A stretch of 18,914 bases of DNA from Candidatus Thorarchaeota archaeon (GTDB taxonomy: Archaea > Asgardarchaeota > Thorarchaeia > Thorarchaeales > Thorarchaeaceae). Position numbers and translations under genes: made by a program. The stretch is from the NCBI GenBank assembly GCA_004524445.1, contig SDNP01000043.1, positions 1-18,914 on the forward strand, in the 5' to 3' direction. This document shows positions 16,086 through 18,914 of this stretch, piece after piece (position 1 is the first letter of the stretch; every line of letters begins with the position of its first letter). The notes beneath the pieces are model-generated. The model did not search any database and was not told where the DNA came from. It was given only the letters and a program-made list of their open reading frames with translations.

Positions 16086-16676
16086 ATGACCGATCGAAGT
16101 GAGCTCTATCCAGTAAATACAATCCCTCCTCTTACGTGGGCTATGCAGTTATACTTCAAGAAAGACTTCAAATTCAAAGAGCCGGGGACAATAGAATTGG
16201 TCTTTCCCGCAGGCGATCATAAAGAGCTAATGCAGAAAAAAGGTGAACATAGAGTGCATCTATGGTTTACTGACCAGAAGGTGTTTGTAAGAGCTCGATG
16301 TACTCATAGCAGTAAATGTGACTTCAATGGTACAAGGATACAGGGGGGTGATCGTGAGGGCTTGATGAATATCCCTTGGGAGGGCACTGATGACCGATCA
16401 TTCTTCCGTGCCATCACGAAGTGGTTGCTCAGAATCAATCTTGAATTTGTGCCGCTAATTCGCTCCCTAACTACTGTCTGTGATCGATATGTCCAGATTC
16501 CTATGACTACTAAATACGGGCGAACATTCGAAAAATTTGACGAGTATAGACGTAATCGGTGGCCAAAGGATGCCAAACCGAATGACCGGCCTCGCTTTCT
16601 GGAGGAAGTACTTGTCCGGGTCTGTTTCTGGATTCAATCTGCAGCAGATGTTGGCGCTTTACATCCTCCTGACTAA
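16086..16676 (+). CDS. Hypothetical soluble protein (196 aa)
   Basis: Long ATG-started ORF filling the gap between Rab and the protease, with globular composition. A TTTATG box lies near 16045. No family recognised. Confidence 0.75.
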   Translation: MTDRSELYPVNTIPPLTWAMQLYFKKDFKFKEPGTIELVFPAGDHKELMQKKGEHRVHLWFTDQKVFVRARCTHSSKCDFNGTRIQGGDREGLMNIPWEGTDDRSFFRAITKWLLRINLEFVPLIRSLTTVCDRYVQIPMTTKYGRTFEKFDEYRRNRWPKDAKPNDRPRFLEEVLVRVCFWIQSAADVGALHPPD

Positions 16677-16790
16677 ACCAACGCGAGCCTCTGTCTTTTT
16701 TCTACTCCGCTTGTCCTCTCTGTCGAGGACACTTCATCTTCGATATTGTTCATCGTGCATGAAGTACCAATCGGGAGATTTCTAGGTATA

Positions 16791-16815
16791 TTTATATGTT
16801 AGTTTACATTTTCCC
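16791..16815 (+). promoter_or_regulatory. TATA box (TTTATATG) plus downstream motif TTTACATTTTCCC
   Basis: TATA at 16791-16798 and 13-mer at 16803-16815. The same 13-mer at the same spacing occurs at 18883. Confidence 0.6.
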
Positions 16816-16855
16816 AAACACTATGCCTGAGGTCTAGTTCGAAAGGCCTCTGGAT

Positions 16856-18826
16856 GTGAGAGATTTGAAAAAACGCGGATACAAGTATCTAGCTTGCTCT
16901 TTTGCGTTCTTATTCTTAACAGTGGCAATTGCCGGTCTAGTTGTGGCCCAGCCAAAGGGCACCACAATTGTCACCCATAGCTGGGACCAGAACGGTAACA
17001 AAATTGTTGATGAATTTGAGCCAAAATTAGCAGAGCTAAAACAAAACGAACGCGTATCTGTGATTGTGACTGCCTCTCAAAGCTTGGAAGATATGCTACC
17101 AATGCTGGATGCAGATATCAGATACAGATACGACGCAATTGGAGCTCTATCCATAGAACTTCCTCGTCGAAATTTGGACATTCTGAGTACTTCCCAGGAT
17201 GTCTTCAGAATATCAGACGCACATCTCGAAGTGCAAGCAACCCTTGATAGTGGACTGCCGATAGTGCAGGTTCCAGAGGCCTATCAATCCTACAATTATC
17301 GAGGTGAGGGAATCGTCATTGCTGTTTTGGACACGGGAATTGACAACACTCATGTTGACTTGGATGATAATGACGCCTACAACGCCTACAAGGTCATTGC
17401 CTTCAGGGATGTTGTAAACGGTCAAGATGATTTCTCGACCCCGGTTGTAGCATATGATGATAATGGACATGGCACCCACTGTTCTAGCATCGCTGCCGGA
17501 TCCGGTGAAGGCGACTCACGATATCGTGGAGTTGCATATGCGGCACAGCTTGTTGGAGTAAAAGTTCTTGATGCAGACGGTGGTGGAACCCTAGAGGGTG
17601 TTCTTGCTGGCATGCAGTGGATAATTGATTACCGGACCACGTATAGCATTGATATCGCCTCAATGAGCCTATCAACCAACCCCTCCAGTTCATGCGATGG
17701 TACAGATGAGATTTGTTTGATGGCTGACTCCATAATGGAGAACGACATCGCCCTCTTTGTTGCTGCCGGCAATCATGGTCATCCTGAACGTCTGTATGGC
17801 TACAACACCATTGGTTGTCCGTCAGCATCCAGGTATGCTATTACAGTAGGATCTGTTAATGATGACGGAACTCATTCAAGCTTCAGTAATGAGGGCCCAA
17901 CCGGTGATGGTAGAATCAAGCCTGAGATTTGTGCTGCTGGCTCATCGATAACAGCAGCCGAGGCCAATAGTGGAAGCGGTTACGTCACGTATAGTGGGAC
18001 GTCTATGGCAACACCCATGGCTGCCGGAATTGGCGCACTACTTCGACAGGCTGACTCTAGCCTATCTTCCTTTAATGTCAAGGAGGTGCTCAAGAGTACC
18101 GCCATGGATATGGGTGAGACCGGCGAAGACAACACATATGGCTGGGGTATCGCACAAGCAAAAGCTGCCTTAGACTATGTCACTGGTGGCGGAACCGAGC
18201 CTACTGACAATCCTCCTACTGCATCAATCTATGCTCCTACAGAAGGAGAAACAGTGAGTGGTACGTATAGAGTCAAGGTTTCAGCCAGCGACGACAATGG
18301 CGTTTCCACAGTCGAAGTGAACATCGACGGAGGGAACTGGATTGACATAACTAATAATGTTGATTCGGATGGCTACTACTACTATGACTGGGACACCACC
18401 GGTGTAGCAGATGGCGCCCATACAATCAATGCTCGAGTCACTGACTCAGCAGGTCAAACAGCTTCTGATAGTGTTGGAGTTACAGTGAACAATGGTGGAG
18501 GTAGCACTGGTGATACCATGCATGTTGCAGACATCTCCTACTCTGCCGTCTATCGAGGTCCTAACGCATGGTTGACCATTGAAGTCACAATTGTTGACTC
18601 GAATGGGAACTCAGTTAGCGGTGCTGATGTCACTATAAGCTTGGAATACCCTGACGGAAGCATTAGTACCTATACTGCAACCACAGGATCTAGTGGTGTT
18701 GCCATTTTTGATTTTGGCAAGTCTCCGAAGGGTACCTATACTGTTAGCGTGACAGGCGTATCTCATAGCAGTTACACATATGATGAAACTGCTAACGTCG
18801 AAACATCTGAAACCTTTACAATTTGA
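16856..18826 (+). CDS. Secreted subtilisin-like (S8) serine protease with propeptide and two C-terminal Ig-like domains
   Basis: Signal peptide (KKRGYK plus hydrophobic core) and I9-like propeptide. Triad VLDTG / HGTH / GTSMATP with oxyanion AAGN. C-terminal Ig-like repeats (PTASIYAP..VSG..WDTTGVADGAHT; MHVADI..VSGADVT). No C-terminal anchor. Confidence 0.95.
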   Translation: MRDLKKRGYKYLACSFAFLFLTVAIAGLVVAQPKGTTIVTHSWDQNGNKIVDEFEPKLAELKQNERVSVIVTASQSLEDMLPMLDADIRYRYDAIGALSIELPRRNLDILSTSQDVFRISDAHLEVQATLDSGLPIVQVPEAYQSYNYRGEGIVIAVLDTGIDNTHVDLDDNDAYNAYKVIAFRDVVNGQDDFSTPVVAYDDNGHGTHCSSIAAGSGEGDSRYRGVAYAAQLVGVKVLDADGGGTLEGVLAGMQWIIDYRTTYSIDIASMSLSTNPSSSCDGTDEICLMADSIMENDIALFVAAGNHGHPERLYGYNTIGCPSASRYAITVGSVNDDGTHSSFSNEGPTGDGRIKPEICAAGSSITAAEANSGSGYVTYSGTSMATPMAAGIGALLRQADSSLSSFNVKEVLKSTAMDMGETGEDNTYGWGIAQAKAALDYVTGGGTEPTDNPPTASIYAPTEGETVSGTYRVKVSASDDNGVSTVEVNIDGGNWIDITNNVDSDGYYYYDWDTTGVADGAHTINARVTDSAGQTASDSVGVTVNNGGGSTGDTMHVADISYSAVYRGPNAWLTIEVTIVDSNGNSVSGADVTISLEYPDGSISTYTATTGSSGVAIFDFGKSPKGTYTVSVTGVSHSSYTYDETANVETSETFTI

Positions 18827-18860
18827 TGAGGGGTCTCCCTCATCCCCTCTTTTTTTATTT
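18825..18860 (+). terminator. Hairpin plus poly-T terminator after the protease gene
   Basis: GATGAGGG-gtct-CCCTCATC (18825-18844), or GAGGGG (18828-33) pairing with CCCCTC (18844-49), followed by T7 at 18850-18856. Confidence 0.7.
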
Positions 18861-18870
18861 TCCGAAGACA

Positions 18871-18895
18871 TATATAAGATGCTTTACATTTTCCC
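18871..18895 (+). promoter_or_regulatory. TATA box (TATATAAG) plus second copy of TTTACATTTTCCC; promoter of the next gene (possible ATG at 18901, cut by the window edge)
   Basis: TATA at 18871-18878, 13-mer at 18883-18895, then ATG AAA TAT GGA at 18901. Confidence 0.55.
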
Positions 18896-18914
18896 GAACT
18901 ATGAAATATGGAAA

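Noticed and set aside
581-18871. Other short ORFs (60-117 aa) in the six-frame track that overlap the called genes
   Set aside because: They are nested in or antisense to well-supported CDSs and have no recognisable motifs.
16803-18895. 13-bp direct repeats as a target-site duplication or att sites of a mobile element
   Set aside because: There is no transposase or integrase, and both copies sit at a fixed distance from TATA boxes, which favours a promoter element.

Overview
Gene-dense archaeal DNA with TATA-like promoters and GGTGA/GGAG ribosome-binding sites. It is very probably from an Asgard archaeon, possibly Thorarchaeia (inferred from a Rab-like GTPase without a prenylation tail, archaeal TrmI/GlmM/HerA-type genes and a TACK/Asgard-type small protein). 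About 19 CDSs. Housekeeping and metabolic genes: trmI, a Nudix hydrolase, pyrF, a class I/II aminotransferase, a phosphohexomutase, an alpha/beta hydrolase and a secreted S8 protease. There is also a stand-alone HerA/DUF87 ATPase and several hypothetical proteins. Two systems stand out. (1) A complete bacillithiol-type cluster (bshC-bshA divergent from bshB) with unusual features. (2) A 143-aa protein built like a miniature WASH/WAVE/VASP-type actin regulator: acidic-Trp N-terminus, trimer-type coiled coil, Pro/Gly linker and a C-terminal amphipathic helix followed by RRKKV. Non-coding signals include a 4x10-bp direct-repeat array before a wHTH operon, twin TGYACA-N4-TGTACA sites, overlapping palindromes before the Rab gene and a 13-bp motif at the same offset from two TATA boxes. 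No rRNA, tRNA, CRISPR array or mobile element was seen. All family calls are by eye from recalled motifs; no searches were run.
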